A DNA stretch of 64,000 nt from Harriotta raleighana. Its lineage: Eukaryota. A program made the position numbers and the translations under genes. Position 1 is the stretch's first letter; every line of letters begins with the position of its first letter. Under the pieces are notes generated by a model. It was not told the DNA's origin, did no database searches, and saw only the letters and a program-made list of their open reading frames with translations. Shown here one piece after another: positions 22,996 to 35,723 of this stretch. Location: assembly GCA_050575255.1 (NCBI GenBank), contig JBNZDD010013721.1, positions 9,496,357-9,560,356 of the forward strand, read 5' to 3'.

Positions 22996-24204
22996 CCCCA
23001 TTAATTTGGGACTCTTGTGGAGGATTCAATTGCTTCTCATTGCATTCTGCATCCCTGTGACTAATCTGAGGGAACATGGTTGGTAGTCAATCAGAGAAAG
23101 CAGAGAGAAGAAAGGGTCATCTTTGGCATGTGTATTATTCCTCTCTTGTTTGTTCATTTGACAATTCAATTTGACAGCAGAGCGAGTAAAATAGATTTGT
23201 ATGGACTGCCCTTCAAATATTTCACAGCTATTATTTTTTATTCTTGTTTGCCAAGAAACCCAGGGGCATGGGATGCGAGCAGGCAGGGGTAGGGGAAGCA
23301 AAAATCACAATCCCGGAGCAGGATTAATATTATCAAGGGATCAGTTTGAGCAAACAGTATTGCATAGTAGCAGACACTTATTCTAATGTTCCATTTGGCT
23401 TCCTTCCAAGTGCTGCATTATTGTGAGTTTTCAAAATTTTCCACACTTAGTCACGTTTTAATCCAAGATGAGGAAAGCATTTATACATATGTTGATTCAG
23501 CTCAAAGCAAAGAAGTAAACTCTCCAGGGGAAGTAATCAAACAGTTTGCCTTGTTTTAAGGGAATCAGTGAAGACCTTGGAACGAAACAAAAACCTTAAC
23601 AAGGATGACTTGCCATTGAATGGATTGATCACTGAACAGTCCAGTTCTTTTTGGAAGCAGCTGAACAAGCTGAGTGAGTGATTCTGCATGTTTGTGACTA
23701 TCCAGCATTGCATGTAAACAGAGATACACTATAAAGGGGACAATTGGCTTAGCTGATATTCATGGATGTTGTCCTATGACATATGAAAATATTGCCTGCA
23801 ATGAGCATGATCTACTTCTTTTAATTAACTTTGAAATTATCTAAATAATCATCTCCAGGGACTTTTTCGGATGTTTTATAGCCACATAATCGATTATCCA
23901 TGTAGGTCATTTGCATCCCAGGTCATTTTCACATGCATCCATAATTGAAATGCCTTTAAAACTGCTTTTTAGTAATCTGATTTAAACAGCAATGGTTGAT
24001 TAATGACTGTTTAATGTGCTTAACAATGCATTAAATGTGCCTGATTGTAGTTCAATTAAGTGTGATTGCTGATGTTGTTACTCCCATACATGAATGGCAG
24101 CATTCATTTTGTGTCTTCAACTCGTTGCCTCTTTCTGCTTTCAGTAAATAGTGCTGAATTCGGAAACTTGGATTATCAAGGAATCTTATCTGTTATAACA
24201 CCCT

Positions 24205-24312
24205 AGTTCTGGCCAAGGGTCATAGACCCAAAACATTGACTCACTTTCCTTTCTCCATAGATGCTGCCTGACCTGTTGAGTATTTCTAGCATCCTGCGGT
24301 ATTTTGCGTTTC
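24205..24312 (+). mobile_element. Penelope-like element terminal-repeat fragment with a decayed hammerhead motif
   Basis: CTGGCCAA-GGGTC-ATA-GACCC-AAAACATT..TTTCTCCATAGATGCTGCCTGACCTGTTGAGTATTTCTAGCA, matching the CTGANGAAGGGTC...GACCCGAAACGT...GATGCTGCCTGACCTGCTGAG repeat I recall from shark genomes. Confidence 0.75.
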
Positions 24313-25189
24313 GAGCCGATAAGATGGAAGAAACATGAAGTGCCAGGTAAGTAAATAACTGATTGCAAGCATTTGTTTCAAAGACACCATTTTTTGTAAG
24401 GTCTTCATTGAATATTTTGAAAGAAATATACCTCTATATGCTCTATTATAGAACAAATCAAGATTACTTTAATTGTTTTTTTAAAAATGTTTTATGGAAT
24501 CAGACATGGCTCTTGCATTTCGTATATTTTTTTGAGGAACTGCGGGGCGTGGACTCAATAAATAGAGTACACTATTTGCCAGAAGTCATATGATAATATT
24601 CCATATGTGAGATTTCTAAGCATATGTGGTGGTATTACGGAGAAACTAACCATTTTGAATACAAACTGGTAAGCAGAAGGTGATAGAGTTGTTGTTCGAT
24701 CCCAAATTGTGAAGCACTTTGAATGTCCTCCTGTTGTGAAATGCACCATATAAATGTTAATTATATTGTTCTATCCATGATATGAGCAGCGCAGTGGTAT
24801 TTTTGCAATTCCAAGTGAATGGGATGTGAGCACTGAATGCTCTGTTAGAGATTAATCTAGTAACAGATGTGAGAGAGATGTAGAATGCCAGGAAGACAGG
24901 CAGGAACTGCAGATAATATATTTTGGTCAGCCAGATGTCTTATAGCTACAGAAACCCACTCTTTGTTTCAGAAGATTCAAACAAAACTGAGAGTTTCACA
25001 TGGTAACTACGCATTGGAAATTTTAATTGCTTGGATTTCCATATTTTGGAATGGTATGCACACTCTTTCCCTACCTAGCTCAAGAGAATATAAGGCTGAT
25101 GTTATTGAGAGTCAAAAGTTGGCCACTCCAGATTGTTCGTTGGGGTTGTTGCCGGAGTTTAACCGGCTAAAATCGATTCACTTTATTAT

Positions 25190-25272
25190 ATTAATAATAA
25201 TGATCCTTGCATTTGATATAGCGACTGATCACGTCTTTGAGAAGTCTCAAACCGCTTCACAGAATAGACCGT
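25190..25272 (-). mobile_element. SINE tail fragment
   Basis: ATCCTTGCATTTGATATAGCG...GTCTCAAACCGCTTCACAGAATA. Confidence 0.85.
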
Positions 25273-26149
25273 AAAGCGCTTTTTATTTCACAAATGTGTT
25301 TTGTAATTAAAGCCATGCCTCGTGTAAAGTGACTTGACTGTGCATTTTGTGGATGAAACTTTTAATCGAGTGCATTGTCTGACAAGCTTCCCAATGAGCT
25401 TTGGCTCGTAGGGTTAACAGGGACCCAAGTGGAGGAGGTGATCTGAAGGAAAATGTCAGGAGAAATAGAGCAAGAATGACAGGGCTTTGGAACAACTCTC
25501 AAATAATTTATCAATGTATTAACTAATTTAAAACAAATCTGCATTTATTGAACTCTTTAGTGAAGTAGGTTTTCTTTTAATAAAAAAAAGCTTTTTTTTC
25601 CAAATCAAGCCCAGTCACAAAATGATTCAGTTAGTTAACTAGGTGGTCAATATATCTATTGCTCCTTCAATTAGTGACTCATTTAAAATCTGTTATCAGC
25701 TGGTGTCTCAGTGCACAGATTTTTTTCTGCTGTTTGGAAGTTTGGGTTGTTTGTGTGAAACTGAGAAAGCATAATCTGAGTTATCCCAGAGTCTTCAGGG
25801 AATAACTTCACTCCAAGCTCAAAATCATGGTGTTAAATAAATATGAAGATGTCTTGTGGTTAAATGTTGTCCAATATATTTTATTGTGGTCTGCTTTCTC
25901 TTTTTGCTAATGAGGATGTTGATGATGACATGAAAGTGTTGCCAATGACTTCTCCTGTAGACTTATAAATTCCTACATGGTCTGGATATGAAGGAACTGA
26001 ATGCCTTAAAACATAATGTCTGAGAGAGGAACTGTGCCTTCTGAAAGCAAAATTATGATGTCTATGTATATAGTATTTGGTGGTGAAGAGAAAGTCTTCA
26101 ACACATGATTTACTTGTCTAAATCTTTGACCATTAAGTGCTCTATTATT

Positions 26150-26612
26150 AACATAATAAAACCCCTTGCATTTGATATAGCACCTTATCACAACAATAAC
26201 AAAATTACATTTGTATAGTGCCTTTCACATCAAGAGGACGTCCTAAAGTGCTGGACACTCATTGTTTCAGACATAAACTGGGGACAGGGAGGTTGGAGGA
26301 AAAGGGGGGGATTTAGGGTGATTGGTGGTCCCATCAAAGAGGAGAGGTTTAAGGCAGGACCTGNCAGGGAGGTTGGAGGAAAAGGGGGGGATTTAGGGTG
26401 ATCGGTGGTCCCATCAAAGAGGAGAGGCTTAAGGCAGGACCTGAAGGAGACGAGGGAGGGGGCGAGGCGAAGGGACTATGGGATGGTGTTCCAGAGGTTG
26501 GGAGCAGAGTGGCCGAAGGCTTACCCAGGGAATTGACTGTATATTTTTGTGAGTGCAATTACGCACAGCAGTATCCCACAAACGGTTGTGGATTGAGTGA
26601 CCAAATTATTAC
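26150..26612 (-). mobile_element. SINE interrupted by an L2 3' fragment (L2 at about 26190-26530)
   Basis: SINE tail 26150-26190; L2 tail ACAACAATAACAAAATTACATTTGTATAGTGCCTTTCAC and body; SINE resumes at AATTGACTGTATATTTTTGTG. Confidence 0.88.
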
Positions 26613-28299
26613 TAAATCTTCAACAGATCAATCTGGATTGAGAAGTTTCCAAGACTGCATGAATATCATGTTTTTTTTAGAAGATCATATGAATATCAAT
26701 CCATTCTTCTCAAGTATTTATTCAGCAGCAATAGTGGATATTGTAGTATTTGTACAGAATTATCGAACAAAGCAATCAAGTGTTCTATTATCACTATTTG
26801 TCCAAGAAAATGTTGCATTGTTATGGTTTCAGCATAATTGAAATGAAGCCAATGGCATCTCCTATAATTACTGAACGCGTACCATTTCATTCAATACTCA
26901 ACTGAAAGTAATCTTATTATCAGAACAAATCTGCAGCCTAGGAACTCAGGAAAGATAAACTAGATTAGCAATTTGTAAAGGTCCCTCCTCGGAGGCAACT
27001 TTTACAACAATACTCAAAATATTGTTCTTATTTAATCGTGAAAATAATCTTTCCTGGACAAAAGTGACAACATTCTAATTGTCAGTCTTTATTCAAATAT
27101 AATCCCGAGCAGCTTGACAGGGCTAAAATAGAAACAGTTAGATCCATGGCTGAATTAATTGGATCTTGGCATATAAAATATTAAAAAGAATTTGGCTGTC
27201 AACCTGTCCAGGTTATTTAAGATACAAATATGCAATAAATGAAAGAGACATTTATTAATGATGAGGCTATAACATTCTGCTTTGTACATATTGATGACTG
27301 CTCCCAAATGTACATCATTTGATTTAAATTCAGATAGCTTCTTAATATGTGGACTTCTCTCACCCACTCCTTTCTCTTTTCGGTGACCAGAAGGTAGGAT
27401 GGTATTTTATATAGTCGAAATCTAAAATGCATTGCTGTCAAGGCAAACCTTTGAGCAGAAGCATCTTTGCTTGTCTGAAAAGATTAGCCCAGAAGTGTGC
27501 CATCCGGCTACATAAGTAATCATTATAATTAAAATGTTTTTAATTGTGATCGATATCTGTGTGTCACAGTTCATTTATTTGTTGTTTGTAATTTCAACAA
27601 AATTACATTTTCAAAATGAGTTTTCAATTGAGTCCCAAGCATAACAGGTGTGTTGTCTGTTGATTCCTCGTAACATCAGGAATAGTTACTCTCTCTGCTG
27701 CAAGATAGCTGAGGTTGGGTGGATGGGTGGGGGAAGATACCGCTTGTATCAGCTGTGGAAGGATGTGTTGTAGTTTGTAATTGGTTTTGTTGCTGCAGTT
27801 AGTGCTATACTCGAGGGTCAGTCAGAAAATGCAGACACTGTGACAATTGTGCTACCACTGGCTACAGGTTGAGAGTGAACATTGATCCAGGAATCACTGA
27901 GCATCTGACGACGTAAGTTAGGTATTTGACAAAAGAGCTTTCAGATGTAGCAAGTCTTTGTTGCTGTTGTAAACGAGGGGAATTTTAGCCATTTTCGAAA
28001 ATAAGACAAGGAACGCACGCAGTTAAGGTTTATTTGTTGCGCTGTTAAACACTGTTGTAGCAGACAATATGGTTCTTTCACTGCACCAGATTGTCCATTA
28101 GCGCTTCCTAATTTTTCGATAAAATACAATTGCGGTGTTAAATGCGCTGCCGATCTTCATTTGCAGCAATTCTCAATGTGCAATGTGGGAATGACAGAGA
28201 GAGCAAAGACTCCCACAGCGCAAGGAAATTATGTAGAGTATTGAACGCAAGAAAGGTGCAGGTCCCCGCAATGGGACAAGTCTGTTGTGTTGCCTTTGT

Positions 28300-28760
28300 T
28301 TTAATAATAAGAATAGTCTTTGCAATTAATATAGAAACTTATTACACCATAAAGATGTATTTTAGCATGTCGCAGGATTTGCTGTAAAGTATAGTGAATG
28401 TGTGTTTTTATATAAGGACATAAGAAGTAGGAGCAGGAGTAGGCCATCTGGCCCTTCAAGCCTGCCCCGCCATTTAATAAGATCATGGCTGATCTTCTAT
28501 CCAAATTCCATTTACCCTCAATATCCCCAAATCCCTTAATCCCTTTAGTTTTTAATATTGTAGGAAAATGGGCCAACCCATATTTGCGCGTGGCAATGAA
28601 ATTGTTTTATTTGGGGGTATTCTTGGCTAGGACATTGGGAGAAACTCCATTCGTTCAGGCAGACGAGACTTCAGTTTAATCTCTCATCTGAAACACTGCA
28701 CCTTTTGATACTGGATCACTCCCTCAGCACTGCATTGGTGCATCATTTTAGCCATATGCC
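28300..28760 (-). mobile_element. Degraded Deu-type SINE interrupted by a CR1 3' end
   Basis: SINE tail 28300-28410; resumes at 28558 with TGTAGGAAAATGGGCCAACC...GGCTAGGACA...GTTTAATCTCTCATCTGAAA...CACTCCCTCAGCACTGCA. Confidence 0.7.
28413..28557 (-). mobile_element. CR1 3'UTR fragment
   Basis: ACATAAGAAGTAGGAGCAGGAGTAGGCCATCTGGCCCTTCAAGCCTGCCCCGCCATTTAATAAGATCATGGCTGATC, a typical fish/shark CR1 3' end in reverse. Confidence 0.88.
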
Positions 28761-29754
28761 TTGAACTGACTTAACGCAGCAGTGATGAAAAATGTGCAGG
28801 TCCACATTATTGGTGTAAAGTGAGCAAAGGAAAAAATCTGAAAAGGTATAACCTTCTCAACCGTTGCAGCAATATGATCTAAACTCTGATGACAGTTATC
28901 TCCTAAATTATTAGCTGCTGAACACCACTCACAAGTAACTATGGAGACGATAAATTCATAGTCAAATCACCCAGCCAGGGAAGCTAGGGAGTTTCACTTC
29001 ATTGGAACAGATAAGATGTGATTTTGTGGGTCTTGGTAACATCAAATAAATCTGTGGCATATATTGATTGTCTAACAGTAACTGATCAGAGCTGTCTCAG
29101 TACTGGGTTCACTGTGTGTAGAAAATACCAGAAGCAGAGACTGCAAGTGAACATTAACTCTCATTTTGACAACATACGATTATAAATATCAGGCGAGTTT
29201 TATTTTATCAGCAACACTTAGCAGCTTTTGCATAGCAATCGTGCTTATGGTATTTAAATCTCTGATGTTGGTTATTAATTCAGAACTGTATTATACGCTT
29301 TGCTTCCCAGCTTTAGATGTTTAGGAAAGATTTATATTTACCTATGAAAGCACTTTCCATTTGCGCATACTGTACTATGAAAGGGTATGCTTAACAGTCA
29401 GTATTCAAAGGATTAAAAGGTGGTGGCTTTGTAGCGTTCATTTTGAATGAATGACTCTATAAATATTAGTAATTCAGGCATTTAGCATTTTCAATTTGTT
29501 TTCTACTCATTTAAACTTGCCTTCTTTATAGGAATGTTAAAATTGCTGTTGCATTCATATCTGCTGGGCCTATATTGGGCCTATATTTTAATTGATGGCA
29601 GCAAAAGCAAACAATTTGCAAAATTCAATGCGGGGAATAATTTAATGCAGCTGATGGAAGGGTTGGAGTGAGGTTTCAACAACGATACAACATTGGGCCA
29701 CACCAAGCCAGGATCTTGTGCATTTGTAGATGAAAGTGTTGTGAATTGCCTAGA

Positions 29755-30600
29755 TTCTCATGACATAGAAACCGGCCATTCAGACCAATTAGTCTGTGTT
29801 GGTGCTTACACTCCACATGAGCCTTTAGCACTATCCTATTCCCTTGTTTCTCTTATAGGCATCAAAGTACAGTAAAAGCCCATTTATCCGTGACTTGATC
29901 AACCGGAACTTCCGTATAACCGGCACGTCAAAAAAAAAGTTCCCATCCGATTAACCGGATGTTAAGCGGTAGCGCATTTAATTAATGGATTGTCGCACGA
30001 GAGTACTGTACAGGTAATAGANTCCGCACGTCAAAAAAAAGTTCCCATCCGATTAACCGGATGTTATCCGGGACAATAGAGGTGGCGCATTTAATTAATG
30101 GATTGTCGCACGAGAGTACTGTACAGGTAATAGAGCCTTAAAGTTGTGCTGCCACGGCGTCCGCCATTGCAGAAGTTAAGTATAAATAATAAAGTACCAA
30201 TACAATATTCTGTTATTACAATATGTGTTATTGCTATATTTAGTCTATTATTTATATGGTACCTTATGTGTTAAAATAAGTTTTTTTTTTGTATTGGGTT
30301 TTCAGCGTCGGATCTGACCATTTAATCGGCATTGGCCAGGTTCCGCGGTTGCCAGATAAACTGGCTTTTACTGTACATTGATGATTATTATTTCAACCAN
30401 ATTTTTTGTATTGGGTTTTCAGCGTCTGATCTGACCATTTAATCGGCATTGGCCAGGTTCCGCGGGTGCCAGATAAACTGGCTTTTACTGTACATTGATG
30501 ATTATTATTTCAACCACAGCTTCTGGCAACAACATTTACATTCTCATCTCCTTCTGTATCTCTCAACTTACCTATTAGATCTACGACCTTGTAGCTATCC
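29755..30600 (-). mobile_element. Degraded CR1 3' end split by a MITE
   Basis: CATAGAAACCGGCCATTCAGACCA before the MITE; TTCAACCACAGCTTCTGGCAACAACATTTACATTCTCA after it. Confidence 0.6.
29870..30373. mobile_element. MITE, same family as 20562-20721 (length inflated by an assembly duplication)
   Basis: TIRs CAGTAAAAGCCCATTTATCCG / CAGATAAACTGGCTTTTACTG with TA flanks; the right end is repeated up to 30490 across an N. Confidence 0.9.
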
Positions 30601-31079
30601 CATTATAGTTCAAAACTACAATTGTGGTTGAAAACTGAATGTATAAACTGCTTTAATATTTGAAGTGAAATATCGCTCTGCATCTTTGGTGCTTTTTTTG
30701 TAAAGCTAAGTGAGGTTTTGCTGTTCCATCTTTCCGTTCTGTAAGCCTGCCAATCTGACTACACTAATCCTCTTTTCTAGTTAGTAATTGCTGTTGAAAA
30801 TCTTTTAACTTGTAGGCCTAGCATTCCTCTGGGAGGGTTAAGACTTTATCTGGTTCACGTAATGATCAGAACTATTAGACAAGACTACTAGTCTTAATCT
30901 GCAAATCCACTGGAGAAATGTGTCGCTTAGTTTCCTGGTGGCTCTTGGGATATTTTGTATATGGTATAAAAAGTATATATTGTAAAATTTTCAAGGGGGA
31001 AAAAAACACTCACCTTTCAAAATATATCCATTGATTTTAAGACAGTAAAAATAGAACCCTTTTATTTGTACTCTGCCTC

Positions 31080-31330
31080 CCACCCTCCCCCACTTTAAAA
31101 CTCCATTCAACAGTCCCTTTGCCTTGCTCCCTCCCTTGCCTCCTACAAGGTCCATCTGGAGAGCTGAGTGCATCTTCAGTCACCCTCCTACCTCTACCCT
31201 CTCTGCCCTCCACCTCTCCTGACCCAAACTCCAGCTCCGGTCGAAATCTCTGGCTGTCCAATACCATGAGATATCGTCCTGACGTGAAAGGTGTTATTAC
31301 TGTACTATACAAATGTAATTTATTGTTATT
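31080..31330 (+). mobile_element. L2 LINE 3' fragment
   Basis: AACTCCATTCAACAGTCCCTTTGCCTTGCTCCCTCC...TCCTGACGTGAAAGGTGTTA...AAATGTAATTTATTGTTATT. Confidence 0.85.
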
Positions 31331-33479
31331 GAATATCCCTGGTTGTGCATAGCAGTAGTTGTAGTTTGAGATTGTGTCTATCTAAATGCAAGCTGCTGCT
31401 GAGCACTATGAATGCAGAAAATTTGTTAGGGCATGTTGACTTCTCATTTGACAACTGAATTCATCCCAGAGAGACATGATTAAACAGAGGGCTGCTGTTG
31501 AACGGTAGAAACCAGATTTACTTCTGTCAGGGACCAGAATAATAATTTTCTTTGTGTCCCAGTGAATTTTTTGCCAAGAATATTTTACACACTTTACAGT
31601 TAACGATCAAATGCCATAATGTGCACTTGGAACATTCATGATCGCACGTAGGATGGAGTGGAGAGCACTGCATCATTTGGGGGCAATTTTACGATGAGAT
31701 GCACATCATGAAACCTCTCATCATATAACAGTTGCCATTATCCTCGTTGAAACAACATTTGCTTTGCAATTCATCGGTGGAGAGGTGGGGGGGGGTCCCA
31801 AATATTTGGAGCTAAATTTGCTAGAACTACGACTGGAAGGCTCAAAGGGTTGTGAAATTGTACAGTTGAAGCTGGGCGTGCAGAACTGATTGAGATGGTG
31901 ATAGACGCTTGAAAAGTAAGGCTTATCAGAGGGGAAATGTGTGCAAATTATATTTGTAGATCGCGGTTTATCTGATAAACTGACAAAACAGGCTCGTTGA
32001 ATGACCTGTTCCTGTTAGTGGATCTGCATTGATCTGCAGGTAAAACAACTTGGAAAAATTTAGGGTTGGGTTACATTCCTGAAAACTGTGATGCCTAATC
32101 TATTTTGTGTGATCAGTGATGGCTGCCCCTCGTATCAGCAGTGACAATGAAGGTTCTCCAATGGACCCTATTATATACCCAAAAGAATCAGAGTTGCAGG
32201 TAGAAGGTACTGCTACTTTCTGTATATCGTGAGATCATTGTACATTACAGCAGGCAAATGAGAGAAATCCTGCAATATGACAAACTCCTTTATATTTCAT
32301 GAACTGCAACAGAAAACCTGCAATTAACCTCTCTTTATTCCAAGGATTTTCATGAATTTCAATTAATTTTCAGCATGGCCTGTTGGAATAGTTTGACTGT
32401 GACGTGTGCAGAATTCTATGATGTGGAGATAGCCTGTACGTTTTGGTTCAGACTCTGTGGTTTGAAGTGCAGCAAATGAGACAGAAAGCTAACCTTTCTA
32501 ATGGAAAGGGCAAACACAAACTCCAGTGAGTACAATTGATACTGCAGGTTATATGAGCCTGACAAAGTTTGCTTCATACAAAAGTATAACAACACTCAGA
32601 ATACTTGAAGGACCTCTTAATTAACTTGGAGACGTACAAACATTTTTCTCCCCCTTTAAATGACTTCAGACACTTGACATGTTTGTAAATCAGACATAAT
32701 TTGCTGCAGTTTAGCTGACAACCTAAGTGTTTTGCATTAACTGCCTCAACAGCTATGTTTTCTATGTATCGAACCAGTTGGATAACAACAAAGACTCATT
32801 TTACATGCTGTTTGAATTATGTTGTTGTCGACAAAGATGATGGGAGCTTCAGAAACTCTTGGTCTTTAGATCGTTAAAGTACCTGCACTCAATTTCTGTT
32901 AGCTAATTGACAAATGGAACTTGCTTCAGATTGAGTTGAACAAAATTAGACAAGCTCTTCACTCCTCCAAGAAGACTAGCTGAACTCATTGCAGCTACAC
33001 TTGCAACCAGAGGATCCAATATAGAGTATAGATTTCAGTGACGCCACTCACAAACAAGTTAACATGCCATAAACACTGTATTGCTTAAGTTGTGCAAACA
33101 GAAATGTGTTTTTTAGATCATTGCTCATCAAATCTAGGAGGTTCTCCAACCTCACATATTACATTATTGGCAGACAGATATCTTGTCTTTATTTGTATGG
33201 ATGTATCTTCCTAGAAGGGTGTGTGATTTCATCTGTCATTACTTTCGTGCAAAATACCTTGCATATCTCCTATTTTGGGGCTTAATTGAAGCCTTTTTTA
33301 TATAGCTCATCAACGATAGGAGATTCCCCCACAAAACAAAACCTGCCCATGACCCTCCCCCAAACAAGACCTTTCCGATGAAGTATGCATCAATTCGTGT
33401 CTCTACATCAATTGGTTGATGCGTTCCTGGCAGGCAAACAGGCAGACATTTTATCTTTATTAGCACGTAATAAACAATA

Positions 33480-33790
33480 GAAGATGACTTGGAGAGGAAT
33501 TATAGTGGTGTATTATGTTTTAAAAGGATTGAATAAGTAAATTCAGAACAATATTTTAGGATCTAGCCCGGTGGTAGGTAAAGAGGACATGGGTTTAGAG
33601 TTGCTAATGGAAATTTCAAGAATGGAATATAGAGGGTAATTCATGACGAGAACAGGTTGCAAGTAAGGATGTTTGAGGTCAGGACACTGGGACTAGTTTT
33701 TAAAAGCATAGTTTGGTGCTCTAATGGGAGGATGGTAGGATGAGTTTCATGGAGCGATGAGATCAGATGAACCAAAGTACCTTTTTCATT
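33480..33790 (+). mobile_element. Degraded CR1 3' end
   Basis: TTAAAAGGATTGAATAAGTAAAT...AGAGGACATGGGTTTAGAGTT (RGH.F.L-like)...GATCAGATGAACCAAAGTACCTTTTTCAT. Confidence 0.7.
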
Positions 33791-34677
33791 CAAGGTAATC
33801 TGGCGAGTTTGATTCGCTTCAATTGCAGCAAAGATTCCTTGGGACCTTGGCCAATGGCAACTTTCGTCATCTCCTTAGAGCACTGGTTTATATATAGTAG
33901 TTGTGTTGAAGTCTCACTATACTGTGTTCTCTCACCAAATCAGCTGCTTTGCCTGAATGATATGTAACTGACCATCTGGTAACCATTCAAAAAAAAATGT
34001 TAAGAATCCTAACAACTTCGATGGAATTGGCAGACATGTCACTGAGCTACTAATGCCGGTGTTACACATTTTAACCTTTCCTGGGCTAGAATTTTACCAG
34101 ATTAAGAGCCCAGGTGTTCAGTGTAACACCATTTACCAGCCAGTACTGTACTAAAACGTCTGTTGTGTTTTGGAACTACAGATTTACCAGGGTATAGAAT
34201 CGTTTCATTTGAAAACATCCCAGGCCCTGTTACAGGTGTCATCATTGTTTCACTTGGCGTTTGGATTTTACTCCATTTGCTCTGAAACTGAAGGGAGTAC
34301 TCGAATACTCCTTAGAAAATTTGCAGCAACAGCTTCTATTTACCCAACTTTATAAATCCTGACTGCTTTTTTTTAAAAAAAACCAACAGTTAGCACTGTT
34401 GTTGTTGCACACAGACACAAGGGGGCACTCTAACTACTTTTAGTTGTAAAATGGCAGTTCCTGCGAAGATGGAGAGAACTCGTCAACAAAAGGGTCCAGA
34501 CAGTTTGGACGATAAATATTAATGATTAATGATTTTATAATTATGAGCATGCACATTAATTAAACCCTTTCACTAACTGTGGGACACTGCTGAAGAAACC
34601 TTGAATCCACCTTTCCCTTTGCAACAAACAGCATGTCCTTGGAACTTCAAAGAATGTTGCTCTTATATTCAAGCCGA

Positions 34678-34795
34678 CAAGGAATGTACCGCATGGAATC
34701 AGGCCGTTCGGCCCAACGAAGTCAGTCCCAGTGTTTATATTCCACAAAAGATTTCACCCATTCCTTACTCTTTCCCATACTCTTCCATTCTCCTG
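34678..34795 (-). mobile_element. CR1 3'UTR remnant
   Basis: GCATGGAATCAGGCCGTTCGGCCCAAC...CCAGTGTTTATATTCCAC. Confidence 0.7.
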
Positions 34796-35723
34796 ATTGG
34801 TTTGACTCCGATGCTTCTCTTTATATATCAATACATATGCAAGATATCTATATCACTGATTTTTTTTTCACGTGTGAGCGAGTGAATGTATGCAAGTCTA
34901 TCGAACTAGTGAAATAAAGCCATTGCAGATTAGGTGTTGGATATCCAGTATACTTTGTTAAAAAAAATAGCAATCTGGTTCAAAGAGCACTGACAATACC
35001 TACTGAACTTACCTTAGTAAATGCATCGGGGGGATTGGGGGAGAACAGAACAATTGATCAAACGCTTGCAGTGATAGTACCTTCAATGGGATAATGTCTC
35101 TTCATTTTTCATACTATTAAAGGCTGTGCAAAGTTTACATTGACCTCAAGTATTACAGTATTAGGCTTGTAAGACACAAGATCAGGGTTTTTTATGACAT
35201 ACTTCAGTGCTAGGAACGTGAATATTTTGAAAGTTAATAAAACTAGAAGGAATAATTGTGATTTGTGACTAGAATGGAAAGTAAGGATAAGTTCCTTGAC
35301 CAAATCTACCATCCTTTCATGCAATCCATTACTCTCCTAGTGGCCAACCAAGTTAACTGTTTTATTGAGTTTGCTCATTGTTTATCACTTGGATATGTCC
35401 TGCAAATTGAGCTGTGACTAAGCTGAGACATTATTAGACATTCACAATTTCTACCTTGTTGGTTTCATAATTGTCGCATAAAACAGGATCTAAATGTAAA
35501 GACAATTAAAATGGAATTCTATTGATCAAGAACATAATGTTATTCAGTTAAAGCTTTGCAAAGGCAGTCTATTGCAAAGGCTCATAAATTCATGTAGCAC
35601 CAGAACAGATTTTAATATGATGTAAAATTCCCATCAATAAACCTTCAACTTGCCAGAGTGGATATTTAAATCAGATTTTTCCATGCTGAAACATTGGTAA
35701 ACATATGCCAGACATTAGCCTTT

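Noticed and set aside
25921-26000. C/D box snoRNA-like ATGATGA...CTGA spacing
   Set aside because: No convincing terminal stem, no C'/D' boxes, and no rRNA-complementary guide that I can recognise
26398-26841. 147-aa ORF
   Set aside because: Antisense read-through of L2 and SINE sequence, starting inside an assembly duplicate
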